Assembly (NCBI GenBank): GCA_038087875.1
Contig: CM075989.1
Span: 5,270,001 to 5,334,000 of the forward strand
Direction of reading: 5' to 3'
Length of the DNA stretch: 64,000 nucleotides
Source: Malacoraja senta
Taxonomy: Eukaryota
The notes under the pieces are model-generated. The model was not told where the DNA came from. It saw only the letters and a program-made list of their open reading frames with translations, and did no database searches. The stretch's first letter is position 1, and every line of letters begins with the position of its first letter. Made by a program: the position numbers and the translations under genes. Below, piece by piece: positions 62,311-64,000 of this stretch.

Positions 62311-62780
62311 TGTAGGACGGAACTGCAGATGCTGGTTGAAACTGAAGATAGACACAAAATGCTGGAGTAACTCGGCGGGACAGGCAGCATCTCTGGAGAA
62401 AAGGAATAGGTGATGTTTCAGGTCGAGACCCTTCTTCAGTCTGAAGACGTGTCTCGACCCAAAACGTCACCCATTCCTTCTCTCCAGTGATGCTGCCTGT
62501 CCCGCCGAGTTACTCCAGCATTTTGTGCCTACACACAAGAGATATAGATGTTGATTTAGAGAGATATAGAACAAATGCATGAAAGAAATGCTAAAAACTA
62601 ACGATGATAAAGGAAGCAGGCGATCGTTAGCTGTGGGCCAAGTGAAAACGAGTTACAGACAATGAAACTCATCAGGAAGACATTGACAACAACTTGGGTA
62701 GGGGAGAGACGGAGAGAGAGGAGTTACTTGAAGTTAGGGAAATTAATACTCATACCGCTGCGTTGTAAGCTGCCTAAGTT
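62311..62780. mobile_element. Penelope-derived fold-back pair plus minus-strand GIY-YIG tail remnant
   Basis: 62311-62530 are inverted arms. ~62723-62778 on the minus strand reads LGSLQRSGMSINFPNFK*. Confidence 0.7.
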
Positions 62781-64000
62781 AACCCTGTCAGTGCTGGAGG
62801 GGAAAGGACAGACACCAGGGTTGCAACAATCAGAGTTGGGCAAAACAGAAGTCAAAACTGTAGGTCATGCGGCATCAGTGGGAGAGAGTAAACTGCTCTG
62901 ATGGAAAGCCAGCGAGCTGACATGGTTCATTCTGTTCCATCGATTCAGCATGTCCTGTTTATATCTCTGTTTTTATCTCAGCTATCCTGTGTCTGCAGCA
63001 TTTTGCTTTTCAGAGACGATATGCAGGAATTAATTGAATTGTGGTGAAAATTTTGCCAAAGGGTCAACAAGCAATATGAAATGGGAAAAAAAAGTCAATT
63101 GTTACAAAGGTTTGAATATAAGTATCATTACAAAGATCTATGTGATCTATAATAGTTTGTTCACAACACATGATGTGGAAATGGAGACCACTTATACCAT
63201 TGGGGTTGGATTTTCAGGGAAGATTTTATCCCTAATGTCTTGCATCAAAATAGTGCAGAATAATGATTGATCGATTGATTGATCGATCGATTGATTGAGT
63301 GAATGCAGGATACAGCAAGGAAACAGGCCCCTTGGCCCCGCAAGTCCACACTGATCATCGATCCCCTGTTCTATGTTATCCCATTCTTGCACCAACTCCC
63401 TGCACCCTTTACAGAAGCCAAATAGCCTACAAACCCGCACGTATTTGGGATGTGGGAGGAAACCGGAGCACCCGCAGGAAACCCACACGGTCATAGGGAG
63501 AACGTGCAAACTCCACACAGTCAGCACCCGAGGTCAGGATTGACTTGGGCTCTGGTGCTGTGAGGCAGCAGCTCTACCTGCTGCTCCACTGGGCTGCCAT
63601 CATGTTTGATGGAAATAGTCTTGACCTTACCTTGATATTATTCATATATCGAACTGATCTAATTCTCAGTTTAACATAGCATGGAATGCTGGTTTGATCG
63701 TTCACTTAGGGACTAAAGTGTGGGTTCTATCTCAAAGATGTCAACTCAAGAGTTGAATTCAAAGGGAATAAAAAAATCTAATCTTGCATACTATGAATGC
63801 CAAAGGAAAAAGTGGAAGAAGCTCTGGAATACCAAAGGTGGGAGCGGATACAAAGATGGATACAATGGGAGGTTCGTTGGATCATTGACACCATCTAACA
63901 CCACAATTCCACCCACTTCCTTCTGAGCCGACTGATCCGCAATAATCACGTGACCATTCTTCACGTACTGGTTTTAATTTGCGATTTGACTGAAGGGTTG

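Overview
Eukaryotic vertebrate genomic DNA. The repeat landscape (HE1-type V-SINEs, CR1/HER1-type LINEs, Penelope-like elements) points to a cartilaginous fish, most likely a skate or ray; the taxon is inferred. Two convergent, intron-rich genes can be read exon by exon with canonical AG/GT boundaries and consistent phases. (1) + strand MFGE8/lactadherin-like: five exons (EGF1 9450-9578, RGD-bearing EGF2 19323-19448, Ca-binding EGF3 38699-38812, and discoidin C1 exons 43634-43815 and 48722-48877). (2) - strand aggrecan-like lectican: the three G3 C-type-lectin exons (59043-59201, 58025-58107, 55412-55556). Both genes run into an exactly 200-N gap (52826-53025). I found neither gene's 3' exons nor the HAPLN3 gene that lies between them in human, so the gap probably hides much more than 200 bp. 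The rest is mostly a nested patchwork of repeats: CR1, Rex1/Babar-like, L1 and Tx1 3' ends, V-SINEs, a PIF/Harbinger-type MITE family with TAA/TTA target duplications, one hAT MITE with an 8-bp TSD, and dozens of Penelope-derived ends carrying a minimal hammerhead-ribozyme motif, often as fold-back inverted pairs. Most ORFs in the supplied track are repeat-derived or spurious. No prokaryotic-type system is present. The most system-like signal is the intronic hammerhead/fold-back array.
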